The notes below the pieces were generated by a model. The model had not been told where the DNA came from. It was given only the letters and a program-made list of their open reading frames with translations, and ran no database searches. A stretch of DNA of 64,000 nucleotides, from positions 170,004,001 through 170,068,000 of the forward strand of contig OX597817.1 in assembly GCA_951406725.2 (NCBI GenBank), given 5' to 3'. The stretch's first letter is position 1, and each line of letters begins with the position of its first letter. Positions 1-11,373 of the stretch are shown here, one piece after another. This stretch comes from Octopus vulgaris (Eukaryota). Position numbers and translations under genes: made by a program.

Positions 1-503
1 GGAGAGGGAATGGCATCACAGTGCAGCACTACACTGACCAGATCTTAAGACCTCACATCATGCTCTTCTTTGTGTGTCATCATAGCCACGTATTCCAGCA
101 GGATAATGTTCCCTCCCACATGGCCAGGGTCACCATGGACTTTCTGCATCAGCACAACATCAGAACTATGCCATGGCTGGATCTTAGCCAAGATTTGAAC
201 CCTTTTGAACACTTGTGGGATGAAATCCAGAGATGGCTGAACCAAGTCGTCCCAAGGCCAACAACTCATGTGGAACTGGAGGCAGCTTTCCTCAGGGTGT
301 GGGCACAGATGCCAATGGCTTTTGCAAACCGCCTCATGCACTCCATGTGCCAACAGTGTATGGCCATTTTGAACAATCACAGTATTGAACATGTCATCCA
401 AGAAATTGACTTTATCAGATATATCAAAGTTTATCTCTGACATAATGAAATTAAAACATATTTCACAGTCACACACGTCTCGCATTTCTTTTGTGGTGCA
501 GTG
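1..503 (+). mobile_element. Tc1-family DNA transposon, 3' part (decayed transposase C-terminus plus right TIR), cut by window start
   Basis: ORF 21-440 has FQQDN and W..LSQDLNPFEHLW with exactly 34 residues between D and E (D34E). Ends TTTCTTTTGTGGTGCAGTG followed by TA at 504-505. Confidence 0.9.
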
Positions 504-557
504 TACAGTTACTCTCTCAGTTCACTTGTACTTTAAAGTTAAGAGCATTATATTTAA

Positions 558-775
558 CCCTTTAGTATTCTGATGACTGTCAAATATAAAGCTTATTTAT
601 TCACATTGTTTCGAATTAATCATACATTATCTTGTAGCTCTGAAATTTCAATGATGTGGTTGTTTATTTTTAGAATGACATTGTAGGGTGGGTGTGAGAG
701 GCTGAATCTTGCTGATCTGAACATAAAAGAGGTAGAATATTTGAGTCACATATGGCTAGTTTAAATGCAAAAGAG
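558..775. mobile_element. piggyBac-like MITE family 1, degraded copy
   Basis: Starts TTAA|CCCTTTAG; body is the reverse complement of the MITE at 34999-35217; right end decayed. Confidence 0.7.
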
Positions 776-859
776 CTATGGTTAAGTACATTATACTTAA
801 CTAAGTTCTCCCCAACTTCTATAGATTTTCTTTTGCATTCTATATATAAGTCTTATTAG

Positions 860-1330
860 TAAAGCTATGCTGAACAACATGACTTCTATTCTGCTATTCA
901 TGGACCTGCCAAGGAAGAACCAACAAAAGCAGAAGATGGCAGTATTTTGTCAGATGATAAAATAATCCCAAATCACTGAACCAAATGCTTCAAAAACTTG
1001 CTCAAAGACCACCAATTTGCCTCAGATGGCTGACATGATGATCTCTACACTTTAGCACCATTCCTGGTTCATATTCTATTCTTAGCAAATTTTAAATATG
1101 TTGATACCATAACCATCTTAAGAGAAGTTATAAGATCATAAGAAATGAAGGCATGTGTGCAAAGAATGAGTCATAGCTGTGGATCAGATTCAATATCAAC
1201 AAGTGGAAGAAAGTACCACAAGGAGGGAAGGAGACTGATGCTAACTTCTGGCACAAAGGCCATCTTTGTAGCTTCAGTGCTGAATTTTGTGACCAATCAC
1301 TCATCTCAAAGATCAGAAGACACATTCATG
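860..1330 (+). pseudogene. Decayed RTE (BovB-like) LINE ORF fragment
   Basis: Broken translation SYAEQHDFYSAIHGP..KAEDGSILSDDK..CFKNLL..GSDSI..RKVPQ resembles the RTE linker between endonuclease and RT. Confidence 0.6.
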
Positions 1331-1759
1331 ATAAATGGAAACATCATCTTCAAAAGAAAGATTACAATGAGTGAGAGAGCACAATGTTCCATCACACCTA
1401 TTACACAAACTTCCTGTGTTAGCTGATACATTTAATATCCAGGCACAAACTCAGCTCAGAGTGAAATCTGGGATCTAAAGAAACTGGAGATGGTCTGCAT
1501 TTGCAACAATTATTCCAAAGGAGAGTTTCATGATTTATGATAAAATTAATTGCTGCAAGGAGTGAAGAATCTAATAAGACCTTGTACTAAATCTGAGTGT
1601 GAGGAAAAAAGAGAAAGTGGTCTTGTAGCTTGGGGGTTTCTCCCTTCCTCTTGTTCAAATAAAAAGCAAAGCCTGAAACATTCTTTTCTATATTACTTAT
1701 AGTAAACAAACTTATTGAACTCTTTCCTAACCCAATACATTTATATGATGATAAACATT

Positions 1760-1985
1760 AGGCAGAACTCATCAGATCATACTTAAATCTTTCCTTTCTA
1801 GTCTCCAGAGATCTTTCATATTCAATGGTCAAATCACACTATCATGTAGCTTCCCGATATATACTCAAGCTTATACAGTCTGCCTCTCACATTTAAAGAG
1901 AAACGCTATGTTGTTAATAGAGAACATCTAGAATACCTAAATCTCTTTCTTATACTTTTACTATAACCGTCTGCAGCATCAATGA
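1760..1985 (-). pseudogene. Decayed RTE LINE fragment (post-RT region)
   Basis: Minus translation LLTT*RFSLNVRGRLY..LHDSV resembles RTE LPLLTxKGxSLxVKGRLY..LHGSETW. Confidence 0.55.
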
Positions 1986-2229
1986 GGTAAAAGAAACAAC
2001 CTACTTCTACTAAACCAGCATAGACAATATAGCAACCACTGCATAATTAATCGATCTGTTTGAAATATCGAAGCAAACCCTTCTGCTTCAAAAGGGATGA
2101 ACACACTAGTGTGGATGATGGATGTTTTGGGCATGGTTGGACCATCATTGATTTGAGGTTTGTTTGATCAGGACTGATCTGAAGCTAATCAACAACAAAT
2201 CCAGCTGGAGTCAACATAGTCACTTGACC

Positions 2230-2400
2230 TTCGAGACACAGCAGTAAAATACCTCATATCATACAAATACTTTAAAGAAAGAAAATCACATTTATATAAT
2301 TTACTTCTTGATACACTACATCTGAATAAAGATGGGATGATCATGGCTGGAATACTTTTGATAATAGATCAATTGGATCAGGGCTGACCTGGGACTAAAC
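2230..2400 (+). repeat. Old dispersed SINE-like family F with (AAC)n tail
   Basis: GGATCAGGGCTGACCTGGGACTAAAC-type tail. Related copies near 2110-2200, 4560-4750, 4945-5130, 12690-12880, 18600-19250, 27285-27432, 35500-35900, 38630-38770, 57840-58040, 61160-61910. Confidence 0.65.
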
Positions 2401-2437
2401 TGCAACTGACCTATCTAGGCAGCTCAAAAACATTAGC

Positions 2438-2439
<2 letters not shown>

Positions 2440-2469
<30 letters not shown>

Positions 2470-2634
2470 TTAGCGTCCGCTTTCCATGCTAGCATGGGTT
2501 GGACGGGTCAACTGGGGTCTGTGAAGCTGGAAGGCTTCGTCAGGCCCAGTCAGATCTGGCAGTGTTTCTACGGCTGGATGCCCTTCCTAACGCCAACCAC
2601 TCCGTGAGTGTAGTGGGTGTTTTTTACGTGCCAC
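2440..2634 (-). mobile_element. Family A retroelement (RTE-linked 3' end, (GAT)n tail)
   Basis: (CAT)n + GTCCGCTTTCCATGCTAGCATGGGTTGGACGG..GGATGCCCTTCCTAACGCCAACCAC, shared by more than 10 copies in the window. Confidence 0.9.
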
Positions 2635-2919
2635 ATAGAAATGCATCATTGAGTAATGAAGCTACATATAAAGAGAAACATGATTAGATCTTTCAAGGGG
2701 TAAAAAATGAGAATATGAAATATGCATTTTTGTTAAACTGAGCTCTTTCCTCACCAGAATGATCATTATCTTTCTCTCTTCACCTCCTCCTTACTGCTAT
2801 GTGGTGTTTGCTAAGAAGCAGGGATAAGGTAAAACAGGCAGTTACAACAGTAACTTGTTAATAAAATAACTGGGGCTAAAAGGCTTGTGATTAGTCTCCA
2901 AGAAGTGAGGTGGTCTCTA

Positions 2920-3196
2920 CATCATCATCATCATCATCATCGTTTAACGTCCGTTCTCCATGCTAGCATGGGTTGGACGGTTCGACCGGGGATCTGGGAA
3001 GCCAGAAGGCTGCACCAGGCTCCGGTCTTATCTGGCAATGTTTCTACAGCTGGATGCCCTTCCTAACGCCAACCACTCCATGAGTGTAGTGGGTGCTTTT
3101 TACGTGCCACCTGCACTGGTGCCAGGCGAGGCTGACATCGGCCACGGTCGGATTGGTGCATTTTACGTGCCACCTGCACGGAAGCCAGTCGAGGCT
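2920..3196 (-). mobile_element. Family A retroelement with target-site duplication
   Basis: Family A body plus monomers; TCTACATCA at 2916-2924 and 3197-3205. Confidence 0.9.
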
Positions 3197-3603
3197 TCTA
3201 CATCAGAGAGAAATCCTACCTGTTGAATAAAGTAGAAAATGATGGGTGCCTCAGAAGTTACATGGATAATGAGTTCTTCAAAAGGCATTACTAACGTAAC
3301 ATTCTGATTAGTATTTTCACAGCAAAATAAGAATTCTCTTGATTCACTCTAGCACTTTCATATAGAAAAAGCTTTTTCTATATAAGGTTATTGAAACTGT
3401 AGAGGTTATTGTGATAAAAATACAGAAAAGCAAGGAAATAGTATTTTAGTGATCAATTCAAAGATTTTGGTCTGAAGTAAAAATCTGAAGCCCTCTCAAG
3501 AAAAACATTTAGATGTTGGGGTAGGTCTGAAAAAATGTACTGTTCTGGGAGAGTCATAAAAGTATATCAGTAACTTTATTAAAGATGGATATATAAATAT
3601 ATA

Positions 3604-3845
3604 CATCATCATCATCATTACGATGTTTAAATGTCCACTTTTCCATGCCTACATAGGTTGAATAGAATTTGTTCAGGTGGATATACTATGACTGGATGCC
3701 CTTCCTGTTGCCAACCATCACTTGCTTCCAAACATGATCAAACATGTTATCATGGAAGATTAGAAACAAAGGACACCACTTGCATGATGATGACACTTGC
3801 TTATGATTAAAATTGGTGTCAAGGCAAAGAGACAGTGACACCCCT
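3604..3845 (-). mobile_element. Older relative of family A
   Basis: (CAT)n tail and CTGGATGCCCTTCCTGTTGCCAACC; similar copies at 5808-6075 and 58178-58410. Confidence 0.65.

Positions 3846-3848
<3 letters not shown>

Positions 3849-3913
<65 letters not shown>
3849..3913. repeat. (TA)n microsatellite
   Basis: Pure TA run. Confidence 0.98.
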
Positions 3914-3917
<4 letters not shown>

Positions 3918-4082
3918 GTAAAAACACCCACTACACTCTCGGAGTGGTTGGCGTTAGGAAGGGCATCCAGCGGTAGAAACTCTGCCAGATCAGATTGGAG
4001 CCTGGTGCAGCCATCTGGTTCGCCAGTCCTCAGTCAAATTGTCCAACCCATGATAGCATGGAAAGCTGATGTTAAACAATGA

Positions 4083-4086
<4 letters not shown>
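3914..4086 (+). mobile_element. Family A retroelement
   Basis: GCACGTAAAA..GGAGTGGTTGGCGTTAGGAAGGGCATCCAG..GTTAAACAATGATGAT. Confidence 0.88.
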
Positions 4087-4130
<44 letters not shown>

Positions 4131-4238
4131 AAACACAAAGTATGGGGGTTTAGTTCACAAGTGATCTAAACGATTAGGTATGCTAGGTAAGTGCTGTAAC
4201 AGATTACTAGGGCTCACTTTCCCTATTTTTCCCTACTT

Positions 4239-4294
4239 GTCTCTGATGACGGAATATCCCATACTCCGGGATATCCCAGAAACAGTTGTAAGAC
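4239..4294 (+). ncRNA. Type I hammerhead ribozyme motif (Penelope/retrozyme type)
   Basis: GTCT-CTGATGA-C-GGAATATCCC-atactcc-GGGATATCCC-A-GAAAC-agtt-GTA-AGAC: stem I GTCT/AGAC, 9/10-bp stem II, short stem III, GUA triplet. Confidence 0.8.
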
Positions 4295-4385
4295 TTTGAA
4301 TTTTATCCAATAATAATATTGCATATGACTTGAGATCTTTGCCTTGCCATAATGTTTGTTGTCCTCTTTAACAATTATATATATA

Positions 4386-4530
4386 AACACGTGTACATAA
4401 TGGGCTTCTGTCATTTTCTATCCACCAAATCCACTCACAAGACACTTGCCCAAAGTGCTATGCAGTGGGATTGAACCTGAAGCCATATGGTTGGGAAGCA
4501 AGCTTCTTACCACACAGCCACACCTGCACA
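4386..4530 (-). mobile_element. Degraded tRNA-SINE family B, 5' half
   Basis: CCAAATCCACTCACAAG..GCAGTGGGATTGAACC..CTTACCACACAGCCAC. Confidence 0.75.
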
Positions 4531-5771
4531 TAGATATATATGTGTGTGCATGTATTTATGTTGTTTAGCCCCAGGGTCAGTCATGATTCAGTATACCTAT
4601 AATCAAAAACTTTCAAATCATGGCCATTCTCTCTTTTTCCCTATCTACACTTTCAGTAAATCCTCATAGTTTTTAAGACAGCAGAAAGTAATTTGAGACA
4701 AGTTTACTTGCCATTTCTAGCAACCATATGATCATATAGAATGCTCTCAACTAGGCAGAGATGTTAGTTAGTTAGATATGGTACATTAGTAGATATGGTA
4801 CATCCAATAAAATAGATCTGTGTGTCACATCTAATCATTCAGCCAACCACTTGTGTTTGCTTGACTTGAGCTGACCTGGAGCTCCCACAACAAAAAAAGC
4901 TTAGAAACTAATTGATGAATCAAAAGCAACTTTTGATGTAGGGTGTTGTTGTTCTTGCTTAGCCCCAGGTTTAACCTGACTGGGCAGATTTATGATCAAA
5001 GCAGTGACTCTCTACTTTATTAGGGGTAAGATTATCTAACGTGTTCTTATATATGATGGTATAGCATGATTTGAGGGAGACATGGCTACTATATTTAATA
5101 GATTAAGCAATCACATGAAGACCTTCTTGCTAAGAGCAAGTTAGATCATTGCCTTTGAATGTTGAGAGAGGTATTTAGAGTAACTTTTCATCCAACTTGT
5201 AACCAGTTACAAGCTGGGATGGGAGGAGGAAACATGGATAGACTAATTACATTCTTGTAACACAAGCGGCCTCTCTCTTATGTCCTTATTTTTAGTTTTT
5301 ACATTCATCCAACCCCCTACTGAATGCAAATTGGTAGAATTATTAGAGTGTATTTAGGCACAGCCCTTTATTTTCCAAGTGCAAATCCTGCCCACTTCAA
5401 CTTTGCCTTTCATTTTTCTGGTGGTTGGGGGAAAAAAAAAGTCTCAGTTAAGTATTGGGGTAATTATATATGTTTATAAGACATCTAGATGTGAATGGAA
5501 TGATAATAGAGACCTAAAATTACATTATTTCACTATAAAGTTAATGTAATCATTTTGTTCTATTTTTGCATCCAACTCATCACATGGTCACATGGTCCCT
5601 CACTGTTCCACTGATGTGAGGGACCAGTCTCACTATGAGTCAGTTAAAATGCCACTGTCAGTTACTAACTTCCAACACATAAAACATTCCTGCACAAAAT
5701 ATTAACATTAATGCTAGTGTCGTCTTTTTTCTGCCCTTCTCTTTCCTCTTCCTTTCACTTAAAGACTCTTT

Positions 5772-5807
<36 letters not shown>

Positions 5808-6279
5808 CATCATCATCATCATCATTACCATTTTCTGTCCACTTTTCCATGTGTGCATGAGCCAGATGAGAATCACTGAGGCACATTTTCTAAGAATGGG
5901 TGCCTTTCCTGTTACCAACCCTTACCTGTTTCCAAGCAAGGTAATACTTTCCCATGGAAAGACATGTTTTTCCTGAAAGACTGAAAATGAACAACATCAC
6001 TTGTATGATGGTGATGCTTGCTTACAAACATCACTTGATGTTTGTAAGGAGAAACAAACATACATACACACACACATATAGTAGTTTAGTGTTTTGCTTA
6101 GAAGCAAAGCACAGAACCAAAATTTTCAACTCAAACCAAAAACCAACAAACTACTTCAAATTAGAGTAGCCACATACGTGGTGTCAGGACAGGCTAGTTT
6201 GAGCTTGCATCAAGTCATATAACTAGTAATAATGAAGTCATTTATTTTGTTTAGTTTCATTATTGCAGGTTTTATATAG

Positions 6280-6446
6280 ATGTGATGGGCTTATTTCAGC
6301 TTCTATCAACCAAATCTATTCACAAGGTTTTGGGCATCCTGGAGCTATGCTACAAGACACTCTGCCCAAGGTACAATGCAGTGGGACTGAACACAAAACC
6401 ATGTTGTGGGGAAGTGAGCTTCTAAACCACACAACCCAGCCTGTAC
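6280..6446 (-). mobile_element. Degraded tRNA-SINE family B, 5' half
   Basis: GCCCAAGGT..GCAGTGGGACTGAAC..AACCACACA. Confidence 0.7.
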
Positions 6447-6585
6447 ATAATTCAATTAAAATAATTACTTTTATAATTTACAATTAACGATTTACAATTA
6501 AAATTCTTTTAAAAAATATATAAGAGTAAGCTAAAAGCTAAAGGAAATACAAAGCAGAAACTTTTTTTATACATACAAATACATA

Positions 6586-6913
6586 AAGGGTAAAGACCTC
6601 CTTCAGTCATGAATGACCATGGGATTGCACCTAGGAAGTTACCCTCTGAGGCACAAGTCTGAGCAAGGCTGTTTACAGAAAACCAGCAGTCACCCATGCA
6701 TATCAGCTTCCCCTCTCTGTACCACCAGTGTTATCCAAGGCAAAGGCAAATGCCAATACAGCTTGGCACCAGTGACATCACAACTCATTTCTACAGCTGA
6801 GCGAATGAGAGCAGCATGAAATAAAGTGTCTTGCTCAAGAACACAACACGCAGCCCAGTTTGCAAATCAAACACACTACCTCATGATTGTGAGCCCAACA
6901 CTCTAACCACTGA
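6586..6913 (-). mobile_element. tRNA-derived CORE-type SINE family D
   Basis: Minus-strand head TCAGTGGTTAGAGTGTTGGGCTCACAATCATGAGG followed by CORE-like GTGTTCTTGAGCAAGACACTTT. Confidence 0.75.
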
Positions 6914-6960
6914 TATACACATTAGGGGAGGAAGGACACAGCTCATGACTTTTGCAGAGA

Positions 6961-7165
6961 TCATCATCATCATCATCATCGTTTAGCGTCCGTTTTCCAT
7001 GCTAGCATGGGTTGGACGATTCTACTGGGGTCTGTGAAGCCAGAAGGCTATTCATCAGGCCCAGTCAAATCTGGCAGTGTTTCTACGGCTGGATGCCCTT
7101 CCTAACGCCAACCACTCCGTGAGTGTAGTGGGTGCTTTTTACGTGCCACCTGCACAGGTGCCAGA
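6961..7165 (-). mobile_element. Family A retroelement
   Basis: (CAT)n tail plus family A body. Confidence 0.9.
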
Positions 7166-7322
7166 CCCCTACATTAATGGAACTCATGCAGCTGATGTCT
7201 AGCATGTATATCTGCAGTTTCATATCCAGTAGCTGGATGGGTTGAGGGTTGAGGGGTCTGATCTAAATGCTTACAACAGAGTGAACTCTACTGTAGTCAC
7301 CTAGATGTGCCAATTACAGGTA

Positions 7323-7541
7323 CAAGGTGGTGCTGAAAAGTTCCTAGCTTTGGGTAAAAAACAAAATACAGGAAGTCCAGTTAATTATGATTTTATTCAA
7401 CATATTCCCCTCTTAGATTCACACACTTATTGTAGTGGCCCTTCAGTTTTTCTAAGGCCTGTAAAAAAACTCAGAAGGTTGGACCTCCAACCAGGCCATT
7501 TGTGATATTTTTAAAGCCAGGAACTTTTCAGCAGCCTCTTG
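7323..7541. mobile_element. Mariner-like MITE
   Basis: TA|CAAGGTGGTGCTGAAAAGTTCCTAGCTTT ... AAAGCCAGGAACTTTTCAGCAGCCTCTTG: ~29-bp imperfect TIRs. Confidence 0.85.
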
Positions 7542-7803
7542 GATGTAACATGATAACATTTTACTAAACAAAATTTCTAAAGTGGTTTCTTTGGCTGAGA
7601 AATAACCAAAGAGAATAATAAACTGATACTTCACATGATCTGAGAAAGAAAGATATAAAGTCAGATACCATCAGGCACTTTCCTAATGTTTTAGGATATG
7701 GGCTAACTCTTCTCAAATATATTCTAATGATTTGGAAGAGTCATATCACATATGCTTATAAACATACCGGTTGCTGCCTTTCTCTAAAGTTTTTTTTTTT
7801 CAC

Positions 7804-8203
7804 CACAGGAGTGGCTGTGTGGTAAGTAGCTTGCTTACCAACCACATGGTTCCGGGTTCAGTCCCACTGCGTGGCATCTTGGGCAAGTGTCTTCTGCTAT
7901 AGCCCCGGGCCGACCAATGCCTTGTGAGTGGGTTTGGTAGACGGAAACTGAAAGAAGCCTGTCGTATATATGTATGTGTGTGTATATGTTTGTGTGTCTG
8001 TGTTTGTCCCCTAGCATTGCTTGACAACCGATGCTGGTGTACTTATGTCCCCGTCACTTAGCGGTTCGGCAAAAAAGAGACCGATAGAATAAGTACTGGG
8101 CTTACAAAGAATAAGTCCCGGAGTCGATTTGCTCGACTAAAGGCGGTGCTCCAGCATGGCCGCAGTCAAATGACTGAAACAAGTAAAAAAGAAAAAGAAA
8201 GAA
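7804..8203 (+). mobile_element. tRNA-SINE family B, full length
   Basis: A box TGGCTGTGTGG, B box GGTTCAGTCC, CORE-like CTTGGGCAAGTGTCTT, internal (TA)/(TG) tract, tail GACTGAAACAAGTAAAA(GA)n. Confidence 0.92.
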
Positions 8204-8987
8204 TTATCCCTGTGAATTTCTCAATGGATATGTATTTTCAAGTGAGTTAAAAAAAAAAAATCTAAAGAGAAGACTACATGGATAGTGCGGCAAACAAAAA
8301 GAAAGGTGGTGGTGGTGGTGGTGGTGGTGGGGAGAGATAAAAGAAATAAAGATAAACAATCGTGTTTATGGGCTTCAACAATATTATGACTTCCAAATTA
8401 TAACAAACAATATTAGTTTCAAAACATCGTTTCGGATCAAAATTCTTACAAAACAAATTCAAAAATGAAAAATTACATAAACTATGAAATCAAATGTCTG
8501 TGGTGAGGGCAAATGAACCATGAAATGATATATAAATTATATTATAGATTTATTAAGTAAGAGGATGGTAGTGCAAATAAACATGGGCGAGATGGATACA
8601 GAGTTAGGTGACTTCCAATGAAATCTCTTTCAATAACCATAAAAAAGCCTGTTTGTTAATCCTTTTGGAATAAATCGTCATTCAGCATCATCAATGTCAT
8701 TACCATTATTTATATCATCATCATCTTTTTTTTTTTTCTGTCTATATTTCCATACTTTCATCATTTAGATATTTGTCACTGAGCCAATTCAACAAGAGCT
8801 GTATTAACATTTTGTTTATTAGAGCATGTATAACTAGAGCCAAGATATTTTTCCTTTTTTTTTTCCTCTTTTAGTAAGAATGAGAGTGAGAAACAGAGTT
8901 AAGGAAAGAATAGCAACGAAGTATAATAAAATGTTAAAAGCTAAGTAAGCTGCATATAATGAATGCTATTAATTATTATTATCATCA

Positions 8988-9330
8988 TTTTTTTTTTTTT
9001 TCTTTTTTTTTTTGCAACGAGGATGGATAATGGGATATTACAAGGACAAATAAAAACAGTAGGGGTTTATGTAGAAATCAATTATGAAAAACTAGGTTTG
9101 GAAAACAACAGAATACAAAAGGAATATGAAATGAGATGTTCCAATAGAAGGACAGCAGCCCACAGCCAATAAAGGAACCTCATAGATCCTTGATTACCTT
9201 CTTGCCAAGAACAAGTGCCCACTCCCAGTTGTGGTTCCCCATCCAACAGGCACATCTTGAAGGTAGATACATTCACTCAGGCCATACTCAGCACTCTTAC
9301 CCACCTTTCAGGTAATTTTCCCTTCAACAA
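8988..9330 (-). mobile_element. Tx1/L1-like LINE 3' end with poly(A)
   Basis: Poly(T) 8988-9012 on the plus strand; minus translation ERWVRVLSMA*VN resembles the C-terminus of Tx1-type ORF2. Confidence 0.55.
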
Positions 9331-9958
9331 TTTTCTCTCAAAAGGTATATTATTGGTTTGGCCACACATTCTGTTATCTACAGAGTGAACTCATCCATGA
9401 TGCAATTGTACCTGAGCTCTTCCTAAGATGGATCTTGAATTAATATTTGGTGCCCATGTGTACAGAGTCTGCTGTTGGAACTGCGATCACCTGGTGTTAT
9501 TGGCTTCTGTTCATGATGATGTGGATTTACTGGTTGGAACTGGCTCAACTCATTCCAAGTAAACACCAACAACATATTGCTTAGCTCTTAATACTTCTAC
9601 AATCAATTATAGATAAATACCATTCAAGTGCTAGGTCAATCTAATTCACCCTTACCATCTCAATAGGTTGAACCTCATATGGCTACATTAGAAATTATCA
9701 TAAACATCTGAAAACATCCAAAATTCATTTTGGATTAAGATGCATTCAACTTCATAGTAAATTGATACAAAGTAAAAGCAACAAGCAGTACTGGAGGAGA
9801 ACTATGACAGTTAATCAAGTAAGAACTAGTCAACCACATAAAGAGTGTATATACTTCGTTCTAGTTTGGCAATTATAAACTGTGCCTTTAATGTACAGTA
9901 TATAGTGGCCAGGGCTTACTTAAAAAGGTTTCAAAGGGAAACATGAAAATATACTTAC

Positions 9959-9979
9959 ATCATCCATCAAGTTTTCAAA
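9959..9979 (-). other. Candidate 21-nt microexon (FENLMDD in phase 0)
   Basis: Minus strand: TTTTTTTTCCTTATATTTCAG|TTTGAAAACTTGATGGATGAT|GTAAGTAT; only phase 0 is stop-free. Confidence 0.45.
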
Positions 9980-10132
9980 CTGAAATATAAGGAAAAAAAA
10001 GTTATTATTTCATTTAATAACACTTTTGGAGATAGCTTAAACAGAATATATTAAAAATCATTTTTTTTTTTTTACATAGTAGATTCTGAGAAACATATCA
10101 TTTACAGTAAAGACAACTGTTGATTATAACAC

Positions 10133-10375
10133 CAGCTCATCTGTGGGCAGAATCGTTAGCACGTCGGGCGAAATGCTTAGCGGTATTTCATCTGCCGCTA
10201 CATTCTGAGTTCAAATTCCGCCGAGGTCGACTTTGCCTTTCATCCTTTCGGGGTCGATAAATAAAGTACCAGTTTCGCACTGGGGTCGATGTAATCGACT
10301 TAATCCCTTTGTCTGTCCTTGTTTGTCCCCTCTATGTTTAGCCCCTTGAGGGCAATAAAGAAATATAAGCAATCC
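10133..10375 (+). mobile_element. tRNA-SINE family C
   Basis: GGCAGAATCGTTAGC..GAGTTCAAATTCC (B box)..GCCTTTCATCCTTTCGGGGTCGATAAATAAAGTACC..TAAAGAAAT. Confidence 0.9.
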
Positions 10376-11311
10376 TATGGCATGCATGTAGTGGACTGGA
10401 TGAATCAAAGTAACACAGGTCTACCTTTCTAGTTATACTCTCTCTCTTTACTTTTGTACTAGACTTCTACCTGCGCTAAAGACCACACTTCGATATTCTC
10501 ACTACCAGTCTACTTCTGTACTCCAGCCAATACTAATGGTGGCCACAGTGGAGGGATGCATGACAGACTTGGTCAGAGAATGACAGTTGCTTTCATTTGC
10601 ACTTATTGGTGGCATACATTTCAGCACAATGTTTGGGCTAATGTACTATTTATGTTTCAAATATTATTATGTTTTTGCTTGTTTAGGCTGAGTGGAAGTG
10701 ATAGCATTTGTAGGATACAGCTGTACTATTGTTTTGGAGCGCTATTCATATATCTGGGTGTTTGGAGGCAATTGTTTTCACACAGTAGAAGTAGCTGTGA
10801 TAGTTGAAGAGAAAATTACTAGCAGTCACCCATTTATCCAAGAGAAACAAGAATGTTGTGCAAACAATACATTAGTTCTATTGGGGATCAAGTTACTCCT
10901 TCACAAGGGTCCAATCTCTCCACAACAAACCACTACGAATGCAAAACAGCATACTATGCATCATCACAGATTATACACAGATCACATCCACAAACCACCC
11001 ATAGAAAAAAAAATATTTAAAAAATCAAAACCATCTGGACAGGCAAGGGACAGTTTTGTTACTGCAGCAAACTTCAACCGTCACTATACGAAAGGTAAAT
11101 TGCTATGGCATAACCAGAACAAAATGTCATTATGTTCTGTCGAGTGTGTTCTTCAAAATAGATTTTAAATAATTATTTTCACTTTCATGAAGTACAAATT
11201 AACATTTTATACAATCTAAATGAAGCAATATATCAAGCATTATTTTAAATCTTTAAAATCTGGTTAGAACAATTTAGGAAACAGAAATACAACCAAGTTA
11301 GTCTCATTTAG

Positions 11312-11373
11312 CATCATCATCATCATCATCATCATCGTTTAACGTCCGTTCTCCATGCTAGCATGGGTTGGAC
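11312..11373 (-). mobile_element. Family A, extreme 3' end only
   Basis: (CAT)n CGTTTAACGTCCGTTCTCCATGCTAGCATGGGTTGGAC. Confidence 0.85.

Noticed and set aside
7804-7880. A/B boxes suggesting tRNA genes (all SINE heads)
   Set aside because: No complete cloverleaf; each continues into a SINE body.
10692-11168. 158-aa ORF
   Set aside because: GTG start, low-complexity composition, no recognisable domain.
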